Assembly (NCBI GenBank): GCA_964016885.1
Contig: OZ024741.1
Location: forward strand, 21,390,001 to 21,454,000
Direction: 5' to 3'
Length of the DNA: 64,000 bases
DNA from: Eledone cirrhosa
Lineage: Eukaryota
The notes beneath the pieces were generated by a model. The model was not told where the DNA came from. It did not search any database and was given only the letters and a program-made list of their open reading frames with translations. This document shows positions 39,480-54,400 of the stretch, in pieces (the stretch's first letter is position 1; each line of letters begins with the position of its first letter). Both the position numbers and the translations under genes were made by a program.

Positions 39480-42400
39480 TGTTGGTTAAAGTGATGATAA
39501 TGGTGGTGGTGGTGTTAACGGTGATGATAATGGTGGTGGTGGTGGTGTTAATAGTGATGATAATGGTGGTGGTGGTGTTAAGTGATGATAATGGGGGTGG
39601 TGGTGTTAACGGTGATGATAATGGTGGTGGTGTTAATAGTGATGATGGTGGTGGTGGTGTTAAGTGATGATAATGGGGGTGCTGGTGTTAACAGTGATGA
39701 TAATGGGGGTGCTGGTGTTAACAGTGATGATAATGGTGGTGGTGTTAATAGTGATGATAATGGTGGTGGTGGTGTTAACAGTGATGATAATGGTGGTGGG
39801 GTGTTAACAGTGATGATAATGGTGGTGGAGGTGTTAATAGTGATGATAATGGTGGTGGTGGTGTTAACAGTGATGATAATGGTGGTGGTGGTGTTAATAG
39901 TGATAATGGTGGTGGTGGTGTTAATAGTGATGATAATGGTGGTGGTGGTGTTAACAGTTATGGTAATGGTGGTGGTGGTGTTAATAGTGATTATAATGGT
40001 GGTGGTGGTGGTGTTAACAGTTATGATATTGGTGGTGGTGGTGTTAACAGTGATAATGGCGGTGGTGGTGTTAATAGCGATGATAATGGTGGTGGTGGGG
40101 TTAATAGTGATAATGGTGGTGGAGCTGTTAACAGTGATGATAATGGTGGTGGTGGTGTTAATAGTGATGATAATGGTGGTGGAGGTGTTAATAGTGATAA
40201 TGGTGGGGGTGGTGTTAATAGTGATGATAATGGTGGTGGTGGTGTTAATAGTGATAATGGTGGGGGTGGTGTTAATAGTGATGATAATGGTGGTGGTGGT
40301 GTTAATAGTGATAATGGTGGTGGTGGTGTTAATAGTGATAATGGTGGTGGTGGTGTTAATAGTGATGATAATGGTGGTGGTGGTGGTGTTAATAGTGATG
40401 ATAATGGTGGTGGTGGTGTTAACAGTGATGATAATGGTGGTGGTGGTGTTAATAGTGATGATAATGGTGGTGGTGGTGGTGTTAATAGTGATGATAATGG
40501 TGGTGGTGGTGGTGTTAACAGTGATGATAATGGTGGTGGTGGTGTTAATAACGATAATGGTGGTGGTTGTGTTAACAGTGATGATAATGGTGGTGGTGGT
40601 GTTAATAATGATAATGGTGGTGGTGGTGTTAATAATGATAATGGTGGTGGTGGTGTTAACAGTGATGATAATGGTGGTGGAGGTGTTAATAATGATAATG
40701 GTGGTGGTGGTGTTTAACAGTGATAATGGTGGTGGTGGTGTTAACAGTGATGATAATGGTGGTGGTGGTGGTATTAACAGTGAAGATAATGGTGATGGTG
40801 GTGTTAACAGTGATGATAATGGTGGTGATGGTGTTAATAGTGATGATAATGGGGGTGTTGGTGTTAACAGTGATGATAATGGTGGTGGTGGTGTTAACAA
40901 TGATGATAATGGTGGTGATGGTGTTAACAGTGATGATAATGGGGGTGTTGGTGTTAATAGTGATGATAATGGTGGTGGTTGTCTTAATAGTGATGATAAT
41001 GGTGGTGGTGGTGTTAACAGTGATGATAATGGTGGTGGTGGTGTTAATAGTGATGCTAATGGTGGTGGTGGTGTTAATAGTGATGATAATGGGGGTGGTG
41101 TTAACAGTGATGATAATGGTGGTGGTGGTGTTAATAGTGATGATAATGGTGGTGGTGGTGTTAACAGTGATGATAATGGTGGTGGTGGTGTTAATAGTGA
41201 TGCTAATGGTGGTGGTGGTGTAATAGTGATGATAATGGGGGTGGTGTTAACAGTGATGATAATGGTGGTGGTGGTGTTAATAGTGATGATAATGGTGGTG
41301 GTGGTGTTAATAGTGATGATAATGGGGGTGGTGTTAACAGTGATGATAATGGTGGTGGTGGTGTTAATAGTGATGATAATGGTGGTGGTGGTGTTAATAG
41401 TGATGATAAAGGGGGGTGGAGGTGTTAACAGCGATGATAATGGTGGTGGAGGTATTAATAGTGATGATAATGGTGGTGGTGGTGTTAATAATGATAATGG
41501 TGGTGGTGGTGTTAATAATGATAATGGTGGTGGTGGTTTTAATAATGATAATGGTGGTGGTGGTGTTAACAGTGATGATAATGGTGGTGGTGGTGTTAAC
41601 AGTGATGATAATGGTGGTGGTGGTGTTAACAGTGATGATAATGGTGGTGGTGGTGTTAACAGTGATGATAATGGTGGTGATGGTGTTAATAGTGATGATA
41701 ATGGGGGTGTTGGTGTTAACAGTGATGATAATGGTGGTGGTGGTGTTAACAGTGATGATAATGGGGGTGGTGGTGTTAATAGTGATGATAATGGTGGTGG
41801 TGGTGTTAATAGTGATGATAATGGTGGTGGTGGTGTTAACAGTGATGATAATTGTGGTGGTGGTGTTAACAGTGATGATAATGGTGGTGGTGGTGTTAAC
41901 AGTGATGATAATTGTGGTGGTGGTGTTAATAGTGATGATAATGGTGGTTGTGGTGTTAATAGTGATGATAATGGTGGTGGTGGTGTTAACAGTGATGATA
42001 ATGGTGGTGGTGGTGTTAATAGTGATGATAATGGTGGTGGTGGTGTTAATAGTGATGATAATGGTGGTGGTGGTGGTGGTGTTAATAGTGATGATAATGG
42101 TGGTGGTGGTGTTAATAGTGATGATAATGGTGGTGGAGGTGTTAATAGTGATGATAATGGTGGTGGAGGTGTTAACAGTGATGATAATGGTGGTGGTGGT
42201 GTTAATAGTGATGATAATGGTGGTGGTGGTGTTAATAGTGATGATAATGGTGGTGGTGGTGTTAACAGTGATGATATTGGTGGTGGTGGTGTTAATAGTG
42301 ATGATAATGGTGGTGGTGGTGTTAACAGTGATGATAATGGTGGTGGTGGTGTTAATAGTGATGATATTGGTGGTGGTGGTGTTAATAGTGATGATAATGG

Positions 42401-45400
42401 TGGTGGTGGTGTTAACAGTGATGATAATGGTGGTGGTGGTGTTAATAGTGATGATAAAGGGGGTGGAGGTGTTAACAGTGATGATAAAGGTGGTGGTGGT
42501 GTTAATAGTGATGATAATGGGGGTGGTGGTGTTAATAGTGATGATAATGGTGGTGGTGTTAACAGTGATGATAATGGTGGTGGAGGTGTTAATAGTGATG
42601 ATAATGGTGGTGGTGGTGTTAATAGTGATAATGGTGGTGGTGGTGGTGTTAACAGTGATGATAATGGTGGTGGTGGTGTTAATAGTGATGATAATGGTGG
42701 TGGTGGTGTTAACAGTGATGATAATGGTGGTGGTGGTGTTAATAGTGATGATAATGGTGGTGGTGGTGTTAATAGTGATGATAAAGGGGGTGGAGGTGTT
42801 AACAGTGATGATAATGGTGGTAGAGGTGTTAATAGTGATGATAATGGTGGTGGTGTTAACAGTGATGATAATGGTGGTGGAGGTGTTAACAGTGATGATA
42901 ATGGTGGTGGTGGTGTTAATAGTGATGATAATGGTGGTGGTGGTGTTAATAGTGATGATAAAGGGGGTGGAGGTGTTAACAGTGATGATAATGGTGGTGG
43001 AGGTGTTAATAGTGATGATAATGGTGGTGGTGGTGTTAATAGTGATGATAATGGTGGTGGTGGTGTTAATAGTGATGATAAAGGGGGTGGAGGTGTTAAC
43101 AGTGATGATAATGGTGGTGGAGGTGTTAATAGTGATGATAATGGTGGTGGTGTTAACAGTGATGATAATGGTGGTGGTGGTGTTAATAGTGATGATAATG
43201 GTGGTAGTGGTGTTAATAGTGATGATAAAGGGGGTGGAGGTGTTAACAGTGATGATAAAGGAGGTGGAGGTGTTAACAGTGATGATAATGGTCGGGGTGG
43301 TGTTAATAGTGATGATAATGGGGGTGGTGGTGTTAATAATGATGATAATGGTGGTGGTGGTGTTAATAGTGATAATGGGGGTGGTGGTGTTAACAGTGAT
43401 GATAAAAGAGGTGGAGGTGTTAACAGTGATGATAATGGGGGTGGTGGTGTTAACAGTTATGATAATGGTGGTGGTGGTGTAAATAGTGATAATGGTGGTG
43501 GTGGTGTTAATAGTGATAATGGGGGTGGAGGTGTTAACAGTGATGATAATGGTCGTGGTGGTGTTAATAGTGATAATGGGGGTGGTGGTGTTAACAGTGA
43601 TGATAATAGTGGTGGTGGTGTTAATAGTGATGATAAAGGGGGTGGAGGTGTTAACAGTGATGATAATGGGGGTGGTGGTGTTAATAGTGATGATAATGGT
43701 GGTGGTGGTGTTAACAGTGATGATAATGGTGGTGGTGGTGTTAATAGTGATGATAATGGTGGTGGTGTTAATAGTGATGATTATGGGGGCGGTGGTGTTA
43801 ATAATGATGATAATGGTGGTAGTGGTGTTAACAGTGATGATAAAGGGGGTGGAGGTGTTAACAGTGATGATAATGGTGGTGGTGTTGTTAATAGTGATAA
43901 TGGGGGGGGGTGTTAACTGTGATGATAATGGTGGTGGTGGTGTTAACAGTTATGATAATGGTGGTGGTGGTGTTGTGTTAATAGTGATGATAAAGGGGGT
44001 GGAGGTGTTAACAGTGATGATAATGGGGGCGGTGGTGTTAATAATGATGATAATGGTGGTGGTGGTGTTAATAGTGATAATGGGGGTGGTGGTGGTGTTA
44101 ATAGTGATAATGGTGGTTGGTGGTGTTAATAGTGATGATAAAGGGTGTGGAGGTGTTAACAGTGATGATAATGGTGGTGGTGGTGTTAATAATGATGATA
44201 AAAGGGGTGGAGGTGTTAATAGTGATGATAATGGGGGCGGTGGTGTTAATAATGATGATAGTGGTGGTGGTGGGTTAATAGTGATGATAATGGTGGTGGT
44301 GGTGTTAACAGTGATGATAATGGTGGTGGGTGTGTTAACAGTGATGATAATGGTGGTGGTGGTGTTAATAGTGATGATAAAGGGGGTGGAGGTGTTAACA
44401 GTGATGATAATGGGGGTGGTGGTGTTAATAGTGATGATAATGGTGGTGGTGGTGTTAACAATGATGATAATGGTGGTGGTGGTGTTAATAGTGATGATAA
44501 TGGTGTGGTGTTAATAGTGATGATAATGGTGGTGGTGGTGATAATGGGGGTGGTGGTGTTAACAGTGATGATAAAGGGGGTGGAGGTGTTAACAGTGATG
44601 ATAATGGTGGTGTGGTGTTAATAGTGATGATAAAAGGGGTGGAGGTGTTAACAGTGATGATAATGGGGGTGGTGGTGTTAACAGTTATGATAATGGTGGT
44701 GGTGGTGTTAATAGTGATGATAAAAGGGGTGGAGGTGTTAACAGTGATGATAATGGGGGTGGTGGTGTAAATAGTGATAATGGTGGTGGTGGTGTTAATA
44801 GTGATAATGAGGGTGGAGGTGTTAACAGTGATGATAAAGGGGGTGGAGGTGTTACCAGTGATGATAATGGTGGTGGTGGTGTTAATAGTGATAATGGGGG
44901 TGGTGGTGTTAACAGTGATGATAATGGTGGTGGTGGTGGTGTTAACAGTTATGATAATGGTGGTGGTGGTGTTAATAGTGATGATAAAGGGGGTGGAGGT
45001 GTTAACAGTGATGATAATGGGGGTGGTGGTGTTAATAGTGATGATAATGGTGGTGGTGGTGTTAACAGTGATGATAATGGTGGTGGTGGTGTTAATAGTG
45101 ATGATAATGGGGGCGGTGGTGTTAATAATGATGATAATGGTGGTGGTGGTGTTAATAGTGATAATGGGGGTGGTAGTGTTAACAGTGATGATAAAGGGGG
45201 TGGAGGTGTTAACAGTGATGATAATGGTGGTGGTGGTGTTAATAGTGATAATGGGGGTGGTGGTGTTAGCAGTGATGATAATGGTGGTGGTGGTGTTAAC
45301 AGTTATGATAATGGTGGAGGTGTTAATAGTGACGATAAAGGGGGTGGAGGTGTTAACAGTGATGATAATGGTGGTGGTGGTGTTAATAGTGATGATAATG

Positions 45401-48400
45401 GTGGTGGTGGTGTTAATAGTGATGATAAATGGGGTGGAGGTGTTAACAGTGATGATAATGGGGGCGGTGGTGTTAATAATGATGATAATGGTGGTGGTGG
45501 TGTTAATAGTGATAATGGGGGTGGTGGTGTTAACAGTGATGATAAAGGGGGTGGAGGTGTTAACAGTGATGATAATGGTGGTGTTGGTGTTAATAGTGAT
45601 AATGGGGGTGGTGGTGTTAACAGTGATGATAATGGTGGTGGTGGTGTTAATAGTGATGATAAAGGGGGTGGAGGTGTTAATAGTGATGATAATGGTGGTG
45701 GTGGTGGTGTTAACAGTGATGATAATGGTGGTGGTGTTAACAGTGATGATAATGGTTAATAGTGATAATGGTGGTGGTGGTGTTAATAGTGATGATAATG
45801 GGTGTGGAGGTTTTAACAGTGATGATAATGGTGGTGGTGGTGTTAACAGTGATGATAATGGTGGTGGTGGTGTTAATAGAGATGATAATGGTGGTGGTGG
45901 TGTTAATAGTGATGATAAAGGGGGTGGAGGTGTTAACAGTGATGATAATGGTGGTGGAGGTGTTAATAGTGATGATAATGGTGGTGGTGTTAACAGTGAT
46001 GATAATGGTGGTGGTGGTGTTAATAGTGATGATAATGGTGGTGGTGGTGTTAATAGTGATGATAAAGGGGGTGGAGGTGTTAACAGTGATGATAAAGGTG
46101 GTGGTGTTGTTAATAGTGATGATAATGGGGGTGGTGGTGTTAATAGTGATGATAAAGGGGGTGGAGGTGTTAACAGTGATGATAATGGTGGTGGAGGTGT
46201 TAATAGTGATGATAATGGTGGTGGTGTTAACAGTGATGATAATGGTGGTGGTGGTGTTAATAGTGATGATAATGGTGGTGGCGGTGTTAATAGTGATGAT
46301 AAAGGGGGTGGAGGTGTTAACAGTGATGATAATGGTGGTGGAGGTGTTAATAGTGATGATAATGGTGGTGGTGGTGTTAATAGTGATGATAATGGTGGTG
46401 GTGGTGTTAATAGTGATGATAAAGGGGGTGGAGGAGTTAACAGTGATGATAATGGTGGTGGAGGTGTTAATAGTGATGATAATGGTGGTGGTGTTAACAG
46501 TGATGATAATGGTGGTGGAGGTGTTAATAGTGATGATAATGGTGGTGGTGTTAATAGTGATGATAATGGTGGTGGTGGAGTTAATAGTGATAATGGTGGT
46601 GGTGGTGTTAATAGTGATGATAATGGTGGTGATGGTGTTAATAGTGATAATGGTGGTGGTGGTGTTAATAGTGATAATGGGGGTGGTGGTGTTAACAGTG
46701 ATGATAATGGTGGTGGTGGTGTTAATAGTGATGATTAAGGGGGTGGAGGTGTTAACAGTGATGATAATGGTGGTGGTGTTGTTAATAGTGATAATGGTGG
46801 TGGTGGTGTTAATAGTGATGATAATGGTGGTGGTGGTGTTAATAGTGATGATTAAGGGGGTGGAGGTGTTAACAGTGATGATAAAGGTGGTGGTGGTGTT
46901 AATAGTGATGATAATGGTGGTGGTGGCGTTAACAGTGATGATAATTGTGGTGGTGGTGTTAACAGTGATGATAATGGTGGTGGTGGTGGTGTTAACAGTG
47001 ATGATAATTGTGGTGGTGGTGTTAATAGTGATGATAATGGTGGTTGTGGTGTTAATAGTGATGATAATGGTTGTGGTGGTGTTAACAGTGATGATAATGG
47101 TGGTGGTGGTGTTAATAGTGATGATAATGATGGTGGTGGTGGTGGTGGTGTTAATAGTGATGATAATGGTGGTGGTGGTGTTAATAGTGATGATAATGGT
47201 GGTGGAGGTGTTAATAGTGATGATAATGGTGGTGGAGGTGTTAACAGTGATGATAATGGTGGTGGTGGTATTAACAGTGATGATATTGGTGGTGGTGGTG
47301 TTAATAGTGATGATAATGGTGGTGGTGGTGTTAATAGTGATGATAATGGTGGTGGTGGTGTTAACAGTGATGATATTGGTGGTGGAGGTGTTAACAGTGA
47401 TGATAATGGTGGTGGTGGTGTTAATAGTGATGATAATGGTGGTGGTGGTGTTAACAGTGATGATATTGGTGGTGGTGGTGTTAATAGTGATGATAATGGT
47501 GGTGGTGGTGTTAACAGTGATGATAATGGTGGTGGTGGTGTTAATAGTGATGATAAAGGGGGTGGAGGTGTTAACAGTGATGATAAAGGTGGTGGTGGTG
47601 TTAATAGTGATGATAATGGGGGTGATGGTGTTAATAGTGATGATAATGGTGGTGGTGTTAACAGTGATGATAATGGTGGTGGAGGTGTTAATAGTGATGA
47701 TAATGGTGGTGGTGGTGTTAATAGTGATGATAAAGGGGGTGGAGGTGTTAACAGTGATGATAAAGGTGGTGGTGGTGTTAATAGTGATGATAATGGGGGT
47801 GGTGGTGTTAATAGTGATGATAATGGTGGTGGTGTTAACAGTGATGATAATGGTGGTGGAGGTGTTAATAGTGATGATAATGGTGGTGGTGGTGTTAATA
47901 GTGATAATGGTGGTGGTGGTGGTGGTGTTAACAGTGATGATAATGGTGGTGGTGGTGTTAATAGTGATGATAATGGTGGTGGAGGTGTTAATAGTGATGA
48001 TAATGGTGGTGGTGGTGTTAACAGTGATGATAATGGTGGTGGTGGTGTTAATAGGGATGATAATGGTGGTGGTGGTGTTAACAGTGATGATAATGGTGGT
48101 GGTGGTTTTAATAGTGATGATAATGGTGGTGGAGGTGTTAATAGTGATGATAATGGTGGTGGTGGTGTTAACAGTGATGATAATGGTGGTGGTGGTGTTA
48201 ACAGTGATGATAATGGTGGTGGTGGTCTTAATAGTGATGATAATGGTGGTGGAGGTGTTAATAGTGATGATAATGGTGGTGGTGGTGTTAACAGTGATGA
48301 TAATGGTGGTGGTGGTGTTAATAGGGATGATAATGGTGGTGGTGGTGTTAATAGTGATGATAATGGTGGTGGTGGTGTTAATAGTGATGATAAAGGGGGT

Positions 48401-51400
48401 GGAGGTGTTAACAGTGATGATAATGGTGGTGGAGGTGTTAATAGTGATGATAATGGTGGTGGTGTTAATAGTGATGATAATGGTGGTGGTGGTGTTAATA
48501 GTGATGATAATGGTGGTGGTGGTGTTAATAGTGATGATAAAGGGGGTGGAGGTGTTAACAGTGATGATAAAGGGGGTGGAGGTGTTAACAGTGATGATAA
48601 TGGTCGTGGTGGTGTTAATAGTGATAATGGGGGTGGTGGTGTTAACAGTGATGATAATAGTGGTGGTGGTGTTAATAGTGATGATAATGGGGGTGGTGGT
48701 GTTAATAATGATGATAATGGTGGTGGTGGTGTTAATAGTGATAATGGGGGTGGTGGTGTTAACAGTGATGATAAAAGAGGTGGAGGTGTTAACAGTGATG
48801 ATAATGGGGGTGGTGGTGTTAACAGTTATGATAATGGTGGTGGTGGTGTAAATAGTGATAATGGTGGTGGTGGTGTTAATAGTGATAATGGGGGTGGAGG
48901 TGTTAACAGTAATGATAACGGGGGTGGAGGTGTTAGCAGTGATGATAATGGTCGTGGTGGTGTTAATAGTGATAATGGGGGTGGTGGTGTTAACAATGAT
49001 GATAATAGTGGTGGTGGTGTTAATAGTGATGATAAAGGGGGTGGAGGTGTTAACAGTGATGATAATGGGGGTGGTGGTGTTAATAGTGATGATAATGGTG
49101 GTGGTGGTGTTAACAGTGATAATGGTGGTGGTGGTGTTAATAGTGATGATAATGGTGGTGGTGTTAATAGTGATGATAATGGGGGCGGTGGTGTTAATAA
49201 TGATGATAATGGTGGTGGGGGTGGTGGTGTTAACAGTGATGATAAAGGGGGTGGAGGTGTTAACAGTGATGATAATGGTGGTGGTGGTGTTAATAGTGAT
49301 AATGGGGGGGTGTTAACAGTGATGATAATGGTGGTGGTGGTGTTAACAGTTATGATAATGGTGGTGGTGGTGTTAATAGTGATGATAAAGGGGGTGGAGG
49401 TGTTAACAGTGATGATAATGGGGGCGGTGGTGTTAATAATGATGATAATGGTGGTGGTGGTGTTAATAGTGATAATGGGGATGGTGGTGGTGTTAATAGT
49501 GATGATAAGGGGTGTGGAGGTGTTAACAGTGATGATAATGGTGGTGGTGGTGTTAATAGTGATGATAATGGTGGTGGCGGTGTTAATAGTGATGATAATG
49601 GTGGTGGAGCTGTTAATAGTGATGATAATGGTGGTGGTGGTGTTAATAGTGATGATAATGGTGGTGGCGGTGTTAATAGTGATGATAATGGTGGTGGAGC
49701 TGTTAATAATGATGATAATGGTGGTGGAGGTGTTAACAGTGATGATAATGGTGGTGGTGGTGTTAATAGTGATGATAATGGTGGTGGTGGTGTTAACAGT
49801 GATAATGGTGGTGGTGGTGTTAACAGTGATGATAATGGTGGTGGTGGTGTTAATAGTGATAATGGTGGTGGTGGTGTTAACAGTGATGATAATGGTGGTG
49901 GTGGTCTTAATAGTGATGATAATGGTGGTGGAGGTGTTAATAGTGATGATAATGGTGGTGGTGGTGTTAACAGTGATGATAATGGTGGTGGTGGTGTTAA
50001 TAGTGATGATAATGGTGGTGGTGGTGGTGTTAATAGTGATGATAATGGTGGTGGTGGTGTTAATAGTGATGATAAAGGGGGTGGAGGTGTTAACAGTGAT
50101 GATAATGGTGGTGGAGGTGTTAATAGTGATGATAATGGTGGTGGTGTTAACAGTGATGATAATGGTGGTGGTGGTGTTAATAGTGATGATAATGGTGGTG
50201 GTGGTGTTAATAGTGATGATAAAGGGGGTGGAGGTGTTAACAGTGATGATAATGGGGGCGGTGGTGTTAATAATGATGATAATGGTGGTGGTGGTGTTAA
50301 TAGTGATAAGGGGGGTGGTGGTGTTAACAGTGATGATAAAAGGGGTGGAGGTGTTAACAGTGATGATAATGGGGGTGGTGGTGTTAACAGTTATGATAAT
50401 GGTGGTGGTGGTGTAAATAGTGATAATGGTGGTGGTGGTGTTAATAGTGATAATGGGGGTGGAGGTGTTAACAGTGATGATAAAGGGGGTGGAGGTGTTA
50501 ACAGTGATGATAATGGTCGTGGTGGTGTTAATAGTGATAATGGGGGTGGTGGTGTTAACAGTGATGATAATAGTGGTGGTGGTGTTAATAGTGATGATAA
50601 AGGGGGTGGAGGTGTTAACAGTGATGATAATGGGGGTGGTGGTGTTAATAGTGATGATACTGGTGGTGGTGGTGTTAACAATGATGATAATGGTGGTGGT
50701 GGTGTTAATAGTGATGATAATGGTGGTGGTGTTAATAGTGATGATAATGGGGGCGGTGGTGTTAATAGTGAAGATAATGGTGGGGGTGGTGGTGTTAACA
50801 GTGATGATAAAGGGGGTGGAGGTGTTAACAGTGATGATAATGGTGGTGGTGGTGTTAATAGTGATAATGGGGGGGGTGTTAACAGTGATGATAATGGTGG
50901 TGGTGGTGTTAACAGTTATGATAATGGTGGTGGTGGTGTTAATAGTGATGATAAAAGGGGTGGAGGTGTTAACAGTGATGATAATGGGGGTGGTGGTGTT
51001 AACAGTTATGATAATGGTGGTGGTGGTGTAAATAGTGATAATGGTGGTGGTGGTGTTAATAGTGATAATGAGGGTGGAGGTGTTAACAGTGATGATAAAG
51101 GGGGTGGAGGTGTTACCAGTGATGATAATGGGGGTGGTGGTGTTAATAGTGATGATAATGGTGGTGGTGGTGTTAACTGATGATAATGGTGGTGGTGGTG
51201 TTAATAGTGATGATAATGGTGGTGGTGTTAATAGTGATGATAATGGGGGCGGTGGTGTTAATAATGGTGGTGGGGGTGGTGGTGTTAACAGTGATGATAA
51301 AGGGGGTGGAGGTGTTAACAGTGATGATAATGGTGGTTGTGGTGTTAATAGTGATGATAATGGTGGTGGTGGTGTTAACAGTGATGATAATGGTGGTGGT

Positions 51401-54400
51401 GGTGTTAACAGTGATGATAATGGTGGTGGTGGTGTTAACAGTGATGATAATGGTGGTGATGGTGTTAATAGTGATGATAATGGTGGTGGTGGTGTTAATA
51501 GTGATGATAATGGTGGTGATGTTAACAGTGATGATAATGGTGGTGGTGGTGTTAATAGTGATGATAATGGTGGTGGTGGTGTTAACAGTGATGATAATGG
51601 TGGTGGTGGTGTTAATAGTGATGATAATGGTGGTGGTGGTGTTAATAGTGATGATAATGGTGGTGGAGGTGTTAATAGTGATGATAATGGTGGTGGAGGT
51701 GTTAACAGTGATGATAATGGTGGTGGTGGTGTTAATAGTGATGATAATGGTCGTGGTGGTGTTAACAGTGATGATATTGGGGGTGGTGGTGTTAACAGTG
51801 ATGATAATAGTGGTGGTGGTGTTAATAGTGATGATAAAGGGGTTGGATGTGTTAACAGTGATGATAATGGGGGTGGTGGTGTTAATAGTGATGATAATGG
51901 TGGTGGTGGTGTTAACAATGATGATAATGGTGGTGGTGGTGTTAATAGTGATGATAATGGTGGTGGTGTTAATAGTGATGATAATGGGGGCGGTGGTGTT
52001 AATAATGAGGATAATGGTGGTGGTGGTGATAATGGGGGTGGTGGTGTTAACAGTGATGATAAAGGGGGTGGAGGTGTTAACAGTGATGATAATGGTGGTG
52101 GTGGTGTTAATAGTGATAATGGTGGGGGGGGGGGTGTTAACGGTTATGATAATGGTGGTGGTGGTGTTAATAGTGATGATAAAAGGGGTGGAGGTGTTAA
52201 CAGTGATGATAATGGGGGTGGTGGTGTTAACAGTTATGATAATGGTGGTGGTGGTGTAAATAGTGATAATGGTGGTGGTGGTGTTAATAGTGATAATGAG
52301 GGTGGAGGTGTTAACAGTGATGATAAAGGGGGTGGAGGTGTTACCAGTGATGATAATGGTGGTGGTGGTGTTAATAGGGATAATGGGGGTGGTGGTGTTA
52401 ACAGTGATGATAATGGTGGTGGTGGTGGTGTTAACAGTTATGATAATGGTGGTGGTGGTGTTAATAGTGATGATAAAGGGGGTGGAGGTGTCAACAGTGA
52501 TGATAATGGGGGTGGTGGTGTTAATAGTGATGATAATGGTGGTGGTGGTGTTAACAGTGATGATAATGGTGGTGGTGGTGTTAATAGTGATGATAATGGG
52601 GGCGGTGGTGTTAATAATGATGATAATGGTGGTGGTGGTGTTAATAGTGATAATGGGGGTGGTGGTGTTAACAGTGATGATAAAGGGGGTGGAGGTGTTA
52701 ACAGTGATGATAATGGTGGTGGTGGTGTTAATAGTGATAATGGGGGTGGTGGTGTTAGCAGTGATGATAATGGTGGTGGTGGTGTTAACAGTTATGATAA
52801 TGGTGGTGGTGTTAATAGTGACGATAAAGGGGGTGGAGGTGTTAACAGTGATGATAATGGTGGTGGTGGTGTTAATAGTGATGATAATGGTGGTGGTGGT
52901 GTTAATAGTGATGATAAATGGGGTGGAGGTGTTAACAGTGATGATAATGGGGGCGGTGGTGTTAATAATGATGATAATGGTGGTGGTGGTGTTAATAGTG
53001 ATAATGGGGGTGGTGGTGTTAACAGTGATGATAAAGGGGGTGGAGGTGTTAACAGTGATGATAATGGTGGTGGTGGTGTTAATAGTGATGATAAAGGGGG
53101 TGGAGGTGTTAATAGTGATGATAATGGTGGTGGTGGTGGTGTTAACAGTGATGATAATGGTGGTGGTGTTAACAGTGATGATAATGGTTAATAGTGATAA
53201 TGGTGGTGGTGGTGTTAATAGTGATGATAATGGGTGTGGAGGTTTTAACAGTGATGATAATGGTGGTGGTGGTGTTAACAGTGATGATAATGGTGGTGGT
53301 GGTGTTAATAGTGATGATAATGGTGGTGGTGGTGTTAATAGTGATGATAAAGGGGGTGGAGGTGTTAACAGTGATGATAATGGTGGTGTTGGTGTTAATA
53401 GTGATAATGGGGGTGGTGGTGTTAACAGTGATGATAATGGTGGTGGTGGTGTTAATAGTGATGATAAAGGGGGTGGAGGTGTTAATAGTGATGATAATGG
53501 TGGTGGTGGTGGTGTTAACAGTGATGATAATGGTGGTGGTGTTAACAGTGATGATAATGGTTAATAGTGATAATGGTGGTGGTGGTGTTAATAGTGATGA
53601 TAATGGGTGTGGAGGCTTTAACAGTGATGATAATGGTGGTGGTGGTGTTAACAGTGATGATAATGGTGGTGGTGGTGTTAACAGTGATGATAATGGTGGT
53701 GGTGGTGTTAACAGTGATGATAATGGTGGTGGTGGTTTTAATAGTGATGATAATGGTGGTGGAGGTGTTAATAGTGATGATAATGGTGGTGGTGGTGTTA
53801 ACAGTGATGATAATGGTGGTGGTGGTGTTAACAGTGATGATAATGGTGGTGGTGGTCTTAATAGTGATGATAATGGTGGTGGAGGTGTTAATAGTGATGA
53901 TAATGGTGGTGGTGGTGTTAACAGTGATGATAATGGTGGTGGTGGTGTTAATAGGGATGATAATGGTGGTGGTGGTGTTAATAGTGATGATAATGGTGGT
54001 GGTGGTGTTAATAGTGATGATAAAGGGGGTGGAGGTGTTAACAGTGATGATAATGGTGGTGGAGGTGTTAATAGTGATGATAATGGTGGTGGTGTTAATA
54101 GTGATGATAATGGTGGTGGTGGTGTTAATAGTGATGATAATGGTGGTGGTGGTGTTAATAGTGATGATAAAGGGGGTGGAGGTGTTAACAGTGATGATAA
54201 AGGGGGTGGAGGTGTTAACAGTGATGATAATGGTCGTGGTGGTGTTAATAGTGATAATGGGGGTGGTGGTGTTAACAGTGATGATAATAGTGGTGGTGGT
54301 GTTAATAGTGATGATAATGGGGGTGGTGGTGTTAATAATGATGATAATGGTGGTGGTGGTGTTAATAGTGATAATGGGGGTGGTGGTGTTAACAGTGATG

